Notes: generated from the sequence alone by a model not told the origin. Counted from the first letter of the stretch, positions 1 through 8,970 are shown. The stretch is DNA of 24,361 bases from Candidatus Bathyarchaeota archaeon (GCA_026014845.1 JAOZHM010000069.1:1-24361); one strand, 5' to 3'. Program-made: numbers and translations.

Positions 1-2
1 CT

Positions 3-317
3 CAACCTGATGAGAAGAGTCGTCTCGAAATATTCAAGATTTACACGAAAAACATGCGATTAACGGAGGACGTAGACTTAGCGCATTTAGCGACTGTAAC
101 GAAGAACTATTCTGGCGCAGACATACAAGCCCTTTGCAGAGAAGCCGCCATGCAAGCCCTAAGAAGAGACGTAAACGCTAAAGAAGTCACAATGACAGAT
201 TTTCAAGAGGCAATGAAAAGGATGGGCCCATCAATCACGCCAGACATGGAGAAATGGTATAAGCGATTTATGCAACAGATTCGGCAAGTTCAAAAACCAG
301 CAACACCAGTTGCTTAG
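3..317 (+). CDS. cdc48: CDC48/VCP-family AAA+ ATPase, C-terminal part (5'-truncated by window edge)
   Basis: The frame is open from base 3 (QPDEKSRLEIFKIYTKNMRLTEDVDLAHLATVTKNYSGADIQALCREAAMQALR). This matches the D2 AAA lid motifs (PD..R.EI, YSGADI.ALCREA). The ORF-track start at 54 is an internal Met. Confidence 0.93.
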   Translation, partial: QPDEKSRLEIFKIYTKNMRLTEDVDLAHLATVTKNYSGADIQALCREAAMQALRRDVNAKEVTMTDFQEAMKRMGPSITPDMEKWYKRFMQQIRQVQKPATPVA

Positions 318-329
318 GAGCCCTAATCT

Positions 330-560
330 ATGGTTGTTAAAACATGGAAAACACGTCCAGCTCACTACTTTCTGTTGGAAACCTTGGAAAAAAAGAAAGG
401 TGCTATGACAGACGTGGCTCTTTTCGACGCTTTAAAGGACGAATTCAAGGACCTAGGGTTCAAAGACTTTAATGAATTGTTAATGCGGTTGGAAATTGGT
501 GGGAAAATTCGCACAATGTCCATGGCACGTGGCAAAAGACGAATTGAACTTGTAACCTAA
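330..560 (+). CDS. Small conserved archaeal protein, probable winged-helix fold
   Basis: 76 aa. GGAG SD overlaps the cdc48 stop. Helix-helix-helix-beta-hairpin pattern (FNELLMRLEIGGKI...GKRRIELV). Confidence 0.7.
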   Translation: MVVKTWKTRPAHYFLLETLEKKKGAMTDVALFDALKDEFKDLGFKDFNELLMRLEIGGKIRTMSMARGKRRIELVT

Positions 561-596
561 AATAGGCCTTTTTGTTGAAAACGTTAAAGGTTTATC

Positions 597-1829
597 GTGC
601 CGATGCATGAATTCTTTTCAGACGCAATTGTTGTTGGAGGTGGGCCATGCGGCTCCTTCGCTGCTTTGAACCTTGCAAAGCTTGGCGTTGACGTAAACGT
701 TTTTGAGGAACACGCTAGAATAGGCGTTCCATGCCATTGCGCTGGTCACTTAAGCATTAAAGGTCTGGAACTTTTGGGATTATATCCGTTGCCGTCAGAT
801 ATCGTTGAAAACAGTTTTCATGGAGCGATTTTTCACTCTCCAAACGGTAGAAGTTTTCATGTTCGTTTTTCTTCGCCAGTAACATGCGCTGTCAATCGAG
901 TTCTTTTCGACAAGTACATTGCGAGGATGGCGGAAAAGGCTGGGGCGCACTACTTCCTGAATTCAATGGTTGAATCTCTAATAATTGAAAACAGTTTTGT
1001 AAAAGCTGTCATTGTTAAACGTGGAAAAGTTGAGGAAAAGTTTTCAGCTAAAGTGGTAGTGGATGCTGAGGGAATATCATCAAAGATTTTAAGGCAAGCA
1101 AGCTTGGTTGCTTTTAATCGCCATATGCTTGTAAAAGCTGTGGAAGCGGAAGTTGAAAACGTCCAAGATTTGGAAACAGACATGGTTGAAGTTTTCCTCG
1201 GCAGAGATTATGCACCGGGATTTTATGCATGGCTAATGCCTAAGGGAGATGGAAAAGCAAAAGTTGGACTGGCTGCAAAAACCGGAAACCCTAGAGAACT
1301 TCTGAAGAGACTTATGTTCAGATATCCAACAGCATCAAAGAAGCTGCGTAACGCAAAAATCTTGCAAACTTCCTTTCATTCTATGACGCTTGGAGGACCA
1401 ATTCCTAAAACCTTCTCGAACGGGTTTTTAGTCGTGGGGGATGCAGCCTCGCATGTGAAGCCCACTACGGGGGGTGGTGTGATTTTTGGGATGACTTGTG
1501 CAAAGATCGCTGCTGAAGTTGCTTACGAAGCCTTGTCTAAAAATGATCTGTCATCAGATTTTCTGTGCACGTATCAGAGCCGATGCAACAAAACTTTGGG
1601 GTCCGACGTTAAGTTTATGCTTAGAATAAAGAAAATGCTTGACGCTTTACCAGACGACAAGATAGATGACGCAATTAACTTCTGTGCAAGAATCGGCTTA
1701 GACAAAGCTCTTCAAAAGTTTGAAGACATAGATTTTCAACAACGTTCCTTTTTACGCCTGTTACGGAATCCTCGCATGCCAATAGCTCTTTCCTATTTTC
1801 TTCTCTCATGGTTGTTTGCGAATCGTTAA
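597..1829 (+). CDS. Geranylgeranyl reductase family FAD oxidoreductase (digeranylgeranylglycerophospholipid reductase-like)
   Basis: GGGPCG dinucleotide-binding motif, PGFYAWLMP (PxxYxWxFP-like), VGDAA and PTTGGG motifs. Start is GTG 597 or ATG 603. Confidence 0.88.
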   Translation: MPMHEFFSDAIVVGGGPCGSFAALNLAKLGVDVNVFEEHARIGVPCHCAGHLSIKGLELLGLYPLPSDIVENSFHGAIFHSPNGRSFHVRFSSPVTCAVNRVLFDKYIARMAEKAGAHYFLNSMVESLIIENSFVKAVIVKRGKVEEKFSAKVVVDAEGISSKILRQASLVAFNRHMLVKAVEAEVENVQDLETDMVEVFLGRDYAPGFYAWLMPKGDGKAKVGLAAKTGNPRELLKRLMFRYPTASKKLRNAKILQTSFHSMTLGGPIPKTFSNGFLVVGDAASHVKPTTGGGVIFGMTCAKIAAEVAYEALSKNDLSSDFLCTYQSRCNKTLGSDVKFMLRIKKMLDALPDDKIDDAINFCARIGLDKALQKFEDIDFQQRSFLRLLRNPRMPIALSYFLLSWLFANR

Positions 1830-1872
1830 AATTTGTGGAAGGCGATTGATAAAGAAGGATGGTTCAAAGGAT

Positions 1873-2235
1873 ATGTTCGAATTTGATTACAAACAGGTTA
1901 TCGCTTTCCGTTCTGACTTGAAGATGAGTAAGGGAAAAATCGCAGCGCAAGCCGGACATGCTGCAGTTTCAGCGACGGAAGAAGCGCGCAAACACTTTAA
2001 AGAATGGTGGAAAGCTTGGCTACGGGAAGGACAGTGCAAAATAGCTGTTAAAGTAGAAAGCGAAAAAGAACTCCTGGAACTAGAAAAACAATCAAAAGAG
2101 TTGGCGATACCTTGCGCATTAATCATCGACAGGGGTCTTACAGAAATTCCTCCCGGGACAATAACATGTTTGGGAATTGGTCCAGCGCCTGCTGAAAAGA
2201 TAGACAAAATAACAAGCATGCTTCCCCTCCTCTAG
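1873..2235 (+). CDS. pth2: Peptidyl-tRNA hydrolase, archaeal/eukaryotic type
   Basis: KQVIAFRSDLKMSKGKIAAQAGHA, KIAVKV, DRGLTEIPPGTITCLGIGP. Likely start is ATG 1873, because the ORF-track start 1816 overlaps the upstream gene. Confidence 0.96.
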   Translation: MFEFDYKQVIAFRSDLKMSKGKIAAQAGHAAVSATEEARKHFKEWWKAWLREGQCKIAVKVESEKELLELEKQSKELAIPCALIIDRGLTEIPPGTITCLGIGPAPAEKIDKITSMLPLL

Positions 2236-2247
2236 AAGGCGTAAGTT

Positions 2248-3633
2248 TTGCTTGTTCCGAGATTGGAGAAGTTCATAGGCATTGAAGTTTATGCTACGAG
2301 TTCTTTGGGTGTTGGCGGGGTTATTCGGCAGCGCGTTGAAGATTTTGTTGTCAGAGAAGTTTTGGTAGATGGTTCCAAAGCGCGAATAAACCTGTCAGAA
2401 AAAAATGTTGAGCAACGGGCGCTAGGCTCTTCAAGTGTTAAAAATCGCTATCTGCTGTGCGTTTTAGTTAAGCGGAACTGGGACACTTTTTTGGCTCTGA
2501 AGGCAGTCGCTAGGCAGTTGGGCATAAGCACAAGACGTGTTCAATTTGCTGGCATAAAGGATGCGAAGGCTGTAACCGCTCAGCACGTCACAGTTGAAGA
2601 TGTGTCAGCTGAAGAAATTCAAAAAGTTCAAGCTAAAGACATAGAAATTTATCCAATAGGATATTTTCGCAGCAAACTTTCATCATACTATCTGTTAGGA
2701 AACCATTTTCACATAACAATCAGAGCCATAAGCCACTCAAAACCCAAGATTAAAGAACGGATAACAAAAACTATTGAAGAACTTGCGGCGATTGGTGGCG
2801 CTCCAAACTTTTTCGGTCATCAAAGGTTCGGAACAACACGCCCAATAACGCATCTGGTTGGGAAAGCCATAATTCAACAAAATTTTGAGAAAGCTGCAAT
2901 GCTTTATTTAGCTAAGCCAAGCCCACATGAGCATCCGGAATCCCGATGGGCACGAAAACAACTGCAGAAAACACAAGACTTTAAGCAAGCCCTAAAAAAC
3001 TTTCCCAAAAAACTACATTATGAACGTCTAATGCTTAACCATTTAGCCAAAAAACCAGACGATTTCATAACTGCCTTTGGGAAACTGCCACCAAAGCTCA
3101 GAAGGCTCTTTCCACAAGCCTACCAGGCTTACTTGTTCAACAAGTTCCTAAGCAAAAGAATCGAGAAGAGACTTCCGTTGAACAGGGCTAAAGTTGGAGA
3201 CTATGCGGTAAATGTGAAGCGTTCTGGACTACCAATGCTGACAATGCGTAGGATAGCGAGTACAAAAACACTTGCACAAATAAATAAGGCAATCCAAGCT
3301 GGAAAAATGCAGTTGGCAATACCATTAATCGGCTTCAAACAGCATCCTTCTAAAGGCGTTCAAGGAGAAATCGAAAAACAAATCCTACAAGAAGAAGACA
3401 TTGCTATGGAAAACTTCAGAATTGAAGCAGTGCCAGAAATAAGCCTAAGAGGAGGACTGCGGGCAGCTACAGTTCCACTAAATAATTTCTTGCTAGGGGA
3501 AATCTCAGAAGATTATGCCAATCCATCAAAACATAAAGCAAAAATAAGCTTTACGTTGTATCGGGGTTCGTACGCAACAATAGTCTTGAGAGAACTCATG
3601 AAACCACGCAACCCGATAAAAGCAGGATTTTAG
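2248..3633 (+). CDS. truD: tRNA pseudouridine(13) synthase
   Basis: EDFVVRE, AGIKDAKAVTAQ (catalytic Asp), GNHFHITIR, PNFFGHQRFG, SFTLYRGSYATIVLRELMK. TTG start. Confidence 0.96.
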   Translation: MLVPRLEKFIGIEVYATSSLGVGGVIRQRVEDFVVREVLVDGSKARINLSEKNVEQRALGSSSVKNRYLLCVLVKRNWDTFLALKAVARQLGISTRRVQFAGIKDAKAVTAQHVTVEDVSAEEIQKVQAKDIEIYPIGYFRSKLSSYYLLGNHFHITIRAISHSKPKIKERITKTIEELAAIGGAPNFFGHQRFGTTRPITHLVGKAIIQQNFEKAAMLYLAKPSPHEHPESRWARKQLQKTQDFKQALKNFPKKLHYERLMLNHLAKKPDDFITAFGKLPPKLRRLFPQAYQAYLFNKFLSKRIEKRLPLNRAKVGDYAVNVKRSGLPMLTMRRIASTKTLAQINKAIQAGKMQLAIPLIGFKQHPSKGVQGEIEKQILQEEDIAMENFRIEAVPEISLRGGLRAATVPLNNFLLGEISEDYANPSKHKAKISFTLYRGSYATIVLRELMKPRNPIKAGF

Positions 3634-3685
3634 CTGAATTTTTCGGTCTTTGTTAACTACTTGCGCTTTGAAGAACATCAAACTA

Positions 3686-4465
3686 TCACCATATTATTGA
3701 TAAACACGTCAGAGCGCCTTCTCCTTTGCGAAACTCAGACATTTCCAATTCTTTAACGAAAAATCCTTCTCTTTCTACGAGTTTCTTCGTCTTAGGATAG
3801 CCTTTCGCCATCAAGACCGTTCCATTTATGGCAAGGCAATCTGCAGTGTATTCCTCTCCTCTTGGAACCACAATTGTCTTATAGTCTCGCAGAATGTCTA
3901 TGTCAAAATGTCCCTTTGAAAGTATAACACAGTTGTTTCCAAGATAAGTGCATGCAGACTTCAGATGAAGTACATTTTGAACAGTCACAGGAACTATCTC
4001 AAAGTTAGTGTTTTCCAGAATTTTTCTAAGCTGACCTATAGCGTGGAGATTAGTTCTTGCTGAGAGTCCTACCGAAACTTTGTCTTCGATTTTAAGAACG
4101 TCTCCGCCATCAATAGTGGCTGGCGGTTTAATGTAATATGTCTCTTTTAGTTTTTCCAACACCTTGGCAACTTCAACTGCTTCCTTGGCTCGCGATTTTA
4201 TTTTCATGTTGCAGATTATTGCCTTCTCCCCTAATATTGCGGCTGTGTCCTCTACAAAGCAGCTATCTGGGAGAGTGTTGTCACCTTCTATCCAGATGAG
4301 TTCCAGTCCGAGCTTCTGTAAAGCCTTGCAATATTCTGTATGTTGACTCTTAGCAAGGGCAACGTCTATTTTTTCAGTGTTTGTCCTTACACAATGATCG
4401 TAGGAATCGGGTACAGGTCGAACAACAGCGTATTTGACTGTAACCCTGTTCATAAATTCGATCAC
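3686..4465 (-). CDS. Dimethylarginine dimethylaminohydrolase / amidinotransferase (pentein) family protein
   Basis: PDSCFVEDTA, IDGGDVL, LHLKSAC, EFRKGEGALTCLS (catalytic Cys). Start is GTG 4465 or ATG 4453. Confidence 0.9.
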   Translation of the reverse strand: MIEFMNRVTVKYAVVRPVPDSYDHCVRTNTEKIDVALAKSQHTEYCKALQKLGLELIWIEGDNTLPDSCFVEDTAAILGEKAIICNMKIKSRAKEAVEVAKVLEKLKETYYIKPPATIDGGDVLKIEDKVSVGLSARTNLHAIGQLRKILENTNFEIVPVTVQNVLHLKSACTYLGNNCVILSKGHFDIDILRDYKTIVVPRGEEYTADCLAINGTVLMAKGYPKTKKLVEREGFFVKELEMSEFRKGEGALTCLSIIW

Positions 4466-5379
4466 TCCACCTTGACGCTCTGCCTCAACACACTGATTTG
4501 AGCAAACGCATACCTCGCGCGCGCTACGCCCATGCCAGCATACATGCTTCCAGCGTCAAACCATTGAATGTGTCTTGTTTCCTTGAGCCTTTCACGGTAA
4601 AGCCTTCCCAAAAGCCTTCGGTTAGCCTCCTTACGTCGAATTTCCAAAGCGTTAACCCTGTCTTTTGCGTCTTTGCTTAACCCTTCAAGACAAGCGTTTA
4701 TTCCGATTTCAGGTCCACCTTCATAATAACCGACTGCCCCTAAAATCTGAAGCTTCGAAAACAAGGAATGAAGCCGGATTTTGAACTTTGTTATTTCAAA
4801 ATTTTTGCTCTTCTGTTGGACTATTCCGTTCTTTAGGGCTTGCTCTAAGATCATCTTGTTTATTCCTTGAAACCCTTGTGGGATTTCGCAGCTTCCAACA
4901 AGAGCTAGATGACTTAAGTCTTGATTGGTGTTGTTCAGGGCTTTTGCAAATAGGTAACAGCATGTTGCTCCTGAAAAATCTGTTTCGCCCTTGAAGCCGA
5001 AATGTTCAAGGTTTAAATCTAAAACCTTCGGGTCTTTAGACGGTTTAGGGTCGTGGTGATCCAAAATTATGGTTAGGTTTCTTCCTTTATTACATTCGGA
5101 TATTAGATCTGCGTGTGGAGAGCCCATGTCAACGTAAAAAATTGTTTGTCCAGCCTTTGAATGTATGTCTTCGATTACGTCGGTGTAGATTTTTTCTAAG
5201 CAGAACGTTTTGACTTTTATTTCTTCACGTTCTAAAGCCCTCTTTGTAATAGCGGCTGAGCATAAGCCGTCTGCATCGTCATGGTGACTTATCATTGCTT
5301 CCTTCGGCTTTGCTGCTTTTAACTCTTCGATTACTTCGTTTGCTTTCTGATTAAACTCTTCAATTTGCATGTACAGCAC
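4462..5379 (-). CDS. DHH-family phosphoesterase, possibly C-terminally truncated
   Basis: HHDDADG, YVDMG, ILDHHD and SGA motifs. No recognisable DHHA1 domain. The last 20 residues look non-homologous. Confidence 0.8.
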   Translation of the reverse strand: MLYMQIEEFNQKANEVIEELKAAKPKEAMISHHDDADGLCSAAITKRALEREEIKVKTFCLEKIYTDVIEDIHSKAGQTIFYVDMGSPHADLISECNKGRNLTIILDHHDPKPSKDPKVLDLNLEHFGFKGETDFSGATCCYLFAKALNNTNQDLSHLALVGSCEIPQGFQGINKMILEQALKNGIVQQKSKNFEITKFKIRLHSLFSKLQILGAVGYYEGGPEIGINACLEGLSKDAKDRVNALEIRRKEANRRLLGRLYRERLKETRHIQWFDAGSMYAGMGVARARYAFAQISVLRQSVKVE

Positions 5380-5383
5380 CCTT

Positions 5384-5926
5384 TTAACCTATTGTTTTTA
5401 GAAGGTCTGACCGTGTTATTATTCCAACGATTTCTCTGTTCCTTGCAACCAACACGGCTTGTTGTCTTTCAAGCAACGGACGGATCACGTCTATGGTTGT
5501 TTCCTCTGAGACCATGGGTAAGGGTGGACCCATGATGTTTTTAACTTTCTCGTTTGCTATTTTTGAACTTAGGTTTCTGATTATGCTTTCTTCCATTATT
5601 GTTCCAACCACCCTGTTCCCGGACAATACGGGCATCTGAGAAATGGCGTGTCTCATCATAACTTCGCTTACTTTCAGAATGGTGTCGTTTGGCTTTACGA
5701 AAAGTACGCGCTCAACCATTACGTCCTTACACTTCCTCTTTTTCCCTTCTGTTAGAACTTCTAGTATTCTATTGATTGTCGATAGCCTCGGATCCACCTT
5801 CCCAAGTTCTATTTTTGCTATGTGCGCTTGTGAAACACCGGCAAGTTCAGCCAGTTTTTTCTGCGTTAATCTCGCTTTTCTTCTCAACTTTTTCAGCATA
5901 GTGCTCGTGATTACCAAAATAACCAC
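5384..5926 (-). CDS. XRE-type HTH transcriptional regulator with tandem CBS domains (COG3620-like)
   Basis: LRRKARLTQKKLAELAGVSQAHIAKIELGKVDPRLST (XRE HTH), followed by ISQMPVL...VVGTI and IVGIITRSDLL (CBS pair). Alternative TTG start at 5917. Confidence 0.9.
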   Translation of the reverse strand: MVILVITSTMLKKLRRKARLTQKKLAELAGVSQAHIAKIELGKVDPRLSTINRILEVLTEGKKRKCKDVMVERVLFVKPNDTILKVSEVMMRHAISQMPVLSGNRVVGTIMEESIIRNLSSKIANEKVKNIMGPPLPMVSEETTIDVIRPLLERQQAVLVARNREIVGIITRSDLLKTIG

Positions 5927-5953
5927 CAGTTATTTTTGCCATAGATTAATGCA

Positions 5954-5973
5954 GTAAAGTATATATTTGTTAT
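5954..5973. promoter_or_regulatory. Candidate bidirectional BRE/TATA element between the HTH-CBS gene and mat
   Basis: TATATAT at 5960-5966 has purine-rich sequence upstream on each strand and lies at a plausible distance from both divergent starts. Confidence 0.45.
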
Positions 5974-6008
5974 CAGTACAACTAGAACTTCACGAAGGAT
6001 GACTAATC

Positions 6009-7217
6009 ATGCGAAACATAATTGTAGAAGACTTGAAGCAGACGCCGCTTGAGAAGCAACGTATAGAAATCGTTGAAAGAAAAGGCCTTGGGCATCCAGA
6101 CTACATATGTGACGCGGTAATGGACAGAATTTCTATACGTTTAAGCAGGATATACTTGGAGAAAGCTGGTGCAATACTGCATCATAATGTTGACAAGTCT
6201 TTGCTTGTGGCAGGAGAAACTGAACCTAGATTCGGCGGGGGCATAGTGAAACAACCAATGCTTTTTGTGTTCGGCGATAGGGCAACCTCAGAAATTAACG
6301 GCGAAAAAATAAACGTCAGCGAAATAGCCATAAGCGTTGCCAAAGAATGGTTTAGAAAGAACATGCGTTTCGTAGACCCGGAAAAACATGTGAAATATCA
6401 AGTTGAACTAAAACCAGGCTCAGTTGGCCTCGTCGACATATTCAAGCGAAAAGGAAAAGTCTTAGGGGCAAATGACACTTCGGCAGCTGTTGGCTATGCA
6501 CCTATGACTAGAACAGAGAGAATAGTTCGGAAAACTGAAGACTTTCTAAACTCAAGAAAGTTTAAGCAACGCTTTCCAGAATCAGGTGAAGACATTAAAG
6601 TCATGGGTTACAGAAACAACAATCACCTACACTTAACAGTTTCAATGGCGTTCGTCGACCGTTACATAAGCAGTGAAGAAGACTACTTCGACAAAAAAGC
6701 GAAAATTCTGAAAGAAACTGAAAAATTCGTCAACGCCAACACTGATTTTGATGACATTGATGTGCAATTAAACACTTTGGACGTGCGCGGAAGAGGTTTA
6801 GGTGGTACATACTTAACGGTATTGGGCACAAGTGCAGACAGCGGTGACTCCGGGGAGGTGGGCAGGGGAAATCGTGTGAACGGCTTAATATCTTTGAACA
6901 GGCCTTTCTGTTCAGAGGCTGCGGCTGGCAAGAACCCAGTAAGCCATGTGGGCAAAATTTACAATGCTTTAACGTACAAAATAGCGCGAGACGTTTATGA
7001 GCAAGTGCCTGACGTTGAAGAAGTCTACATTTGGCTGTTAAGCAAAATTGGAACTTCCATAGATCATCCTGCAATTGCGGCAGCTCAAGTCATAATGAAA
7101 GGAAACATCTCACTGGAAACAGTCAGACGCGAAATAAAAGAAGTATTAGATTACGAACTGGAAAACATAGACAAATTCTGCACGGAACTAGCCCAAGGAA
7201 AAATCCCAATCTGTTAA
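6009..7217 (+). CDS. mat: S-adenosylmethionine synthetase, archaeal type
   Basis: EIVERKGLGHPDYICD, HHNVDK, ANDTSAAVGYAP, GEDIKVMG, GDSGEVGRGNRVNGLI, EAAAGKNPVSHVGKIYN. Confidence 0.97.
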   Translation: MRNIIVEDLKQTPLEKQRIEIVERKGLGHPDYICDAVMDRISIRLSRIYLEKAGAILHHNVDKSLLVAGETEPRFGGGIVKQPMLFVFGDRATSEINGEKINVSEIAISVAKEWFRKNMRFVDPEKHVKYQVELKPGSVGLVDIFKRKGKVLGANDTSAAVGYAPMTRTERIVRKTEDFLNSRKFKQRFPESGEDIKVMGYRNNNHLHLTVSMAFVDRYISSEEDYFDKKAKILKETEKFVNANTDFDDIDVQLNTLDVRGRGLGGTYLTVLGTSADSGDSGEVGRGNRVNGLISLNRPFCSEAAAGKNPVSHVGKIYNALTYKIARDVYEQVPDVEEVYIWLLSKIGTSIDHPAIAAAQVIMKGNISLETVRREIKEVLDYELENIDKFCTELAQGKIPIC

Positions 7218-7454
7218 ATTTCAGGTCTTTCCGCATGTTTTTACTTTTATCCTGTCTGACACTATTTTCCTCAGGATGTTTAGGAGGCATCTTGAATTGT
7301 TAATAAATATTTTCACTAAACTGCTCAAAGCAAGTTTTTAGGTCATCAAAGTTATCGCGTCTAACAAAACATGTAAGGATTTGTTTTTGGAACACAGCAA
7401 ACTTACTCTGAGTCCTTACAAATTTATTAGTATGGTAGCATATTTTTATTCTCA

Positions 7455-7682
7455 GTGAAGTTTATGACTAAAGTGGTTTACCTTGATGAGGACGACCGAA
7501 AACTTATACTAGAAACTAGGAAAAAGCTTGAAGAAATCACAAAGCTTATGGAGGAGCTTCTGGAAACAGTCGAAATTTTAAGTGACCCAGACATTATGGA
7601 AGACATACGCAAAGGTCTGGAGGATATCAAGGCTGGAAGAGTGACACCGCTTCGAAAACTTCTCAGGGAAGAAGCCCGTTGA
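7455..7682 (+). CDS. Type II antitoxin (archaeal RelB / YefM C-terminal-like)
   Basis: Acidic helical protein with ETVEILSDPDIMEDIRKGLEDIKAGRV. Its stop overlaps the toxin start (TTGA). Start is GTG 7455 or ATG 7464. Confidence 0.8.
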   Translation: MKFMTKVVYLDEDDRKLILETRKKLEEITKLMEELLETVEILSDPDIMEDIRKGLEDIKAGRVTPLRKLLREEAR

Positions 7683-7933
7683 GCTATAGAGTTTTTCTAT
7701 CAAATCAAGCTGAAAAATTCTACAAAAAGTTGCAGAAAAAAGTTAGAGCTAGAGTTAGAGAGGCATTAGTCGTTTTGGAGAAGTCACCCCAAGCTGCCAA
7801 ACGGCTTCATGGGGAACTAAGAGGAAACTATAGCCTGCGGATTGGTAAACTTAGAATAATATATTATGTTTCAGAAAAGGAAAAAACCGTGTATGTGATA
7901 GCTATAGGTCCAAGAAAAACAATTTACAAATAG
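7679..7933 (+). CDS. relE: RelE/ParE-family type II toxin
   Basis: MSYRVFLSNQAEKFYKKL, YSLRIGKLRIIY, IAIGPRKTIY. Basic 84-aa protein coupled to the upstream antitoxin. Confidence 0.9.
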   Translation: MSYRVFLSNQAEKFYKKLQKKVRARVREALVVLEKSPQAAKRLHGELRGNYSLRIGKLRIIYYVSEKEKTVYVIAIGPRKTIYK

Positions 7934-8188
7934 CCTTCTACATCGGGAACACCAACTAGAAACAGAACATACCGCGCACAAGCGTCTTGGCTATGATGGA
8001 GGTTGGATTGGTGATTCGCAGAATTATAAATCTGGCATCCGCTAATCTTCATATCAAAAGCTAACTACACAAGCTACGTCATGCTTCTCGGAGTTGTATC
8101 TCATTTCTGATCCGCTTTGCATTACATCTAAAATGAACAGGCAAAAAAGGAAACGACTTCAAGTAGAGAAAGTTAATTTTGAAGTTTT

Positions 8189-8779
8189 CTAACTTATCCT
8201 AACCTTTACGTCGTCTATGTTGTAGGTCATTTCAGTTTCCCATCCCACCGTAATTCCAACAGCAACCCACACTTCATTGCTAGAACCAGTGAGCAAAATT
8301 GTTGTATATGTGTACCTTTTCCATCCCGCAACCTCGTTGGCAGAACCAAGAACGACAAAGTCATCCTCAACCTCTGGGTTCGAGACTCCAGCATACGCGC
8401 ACACTTTCGCTATAACATTGAAACTCTCTTGTTCACTGTAGAACTCAAAAGAAACCTCAACTTGGATTTCCGAGTTGTTTCTTACTGATATTTTCTTCTC
8501 AATCCAAACTGTGCCATCGTCCTGTTTTCCATCAATGTACAACTGCATTGAATTTTTCCCAGAATAGGCTAAAGGCGCTACTCTAGTAACGTTCCAATTA
8601 ACAGGATGACCTGGATTGTTTGGGTCCAAAGGAACGTCAGCATCCGCCATCCACCCGCCAAAATCTTTTTCAAAGCTTTCATCGTACACAACGGGCGTAG
8701 GATAAAAGTACCATGCAGCGACGGCGATAATAACGATTAGTATCCCAATAACGAAAAATACTTTACCACTTAGCTTCAT
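8189..8779 (-). CDS. Membrane-anchored extracellular protein with a beta-sandwich (CBM/galactose-binding-like) domain
   Basis: N-terminal hydrophobic anchor (VFFVIGILIVIIAVAAWYF), ESFEKDFGGW start, Trp-rich beta pattern, ends YNIDDVKV as many jelly-roll modules do. The fold call is pattern inference. Confidence 0.6.
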   Translation of the reverse strand: MKLSGKVFFVIGILIVIIAVAAWYFYPTPVVYDESFEKDFGGWMADADVPLDPNNPGHPVNWNVTRVAPLAYSGKNSMQLYIDGKQDDGTVWIEKKISVRNNSEIQVEVSFEFYSEQESFNVIAKVCAYAGVSNPEVEDDFVVLGSANEVAGWKRYTYTTILLTGSSNEVWVAVGITVGWETEMTYNIDDVKVRIS

Positions 8780-8970
8780 TTAAACAATCTCCTCATAAAA
8801 CAATGTCTTTTTGTGATAAATATTTCTACATTCTAGAACGCTTAGGAAACAGGAGGAAAAGCTTTCTCAAAAGTTGTGGCGTTCAAGTCTTTCTTTCCAA
8901 AGCAAAACAACTAGTGTTCTAAAACTTTATCATTCAGCAGTTCCTAAAGATTACTTCGTGAGATGATTTC

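Noticed and set aside
4462-4465. Selenocysteine or stop readthrough at the DHH TGA
   Set aside because: The TGA is part of an ordinary GTGA stop/start overlap. No SECIS-like hairpin or in-frame domain continuation was seen.
7235-7303. Short ORF MFLLLSCLTLFSSGCLGGILNC that resembles a lipoprotein signal peptide
   Set aside because: It has only 22 codons, no basic N-region and no mature domain after it. Probably chance, though a decayed gene cannot be excluded.
7270-7350. Possible box C/D sRNA on the minus strand (TGATGA ... CTGA)
   Set aside because: The boxes are about 70 nt apart, box C lacks the leading purine, and there is no convincing D'/C' pair or terminal stem.
7934-8188. Possible gene remnant between relE and the surface-protein gene
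   Set aside because: The frames I translated gave only short peptides with no recognisable motif.
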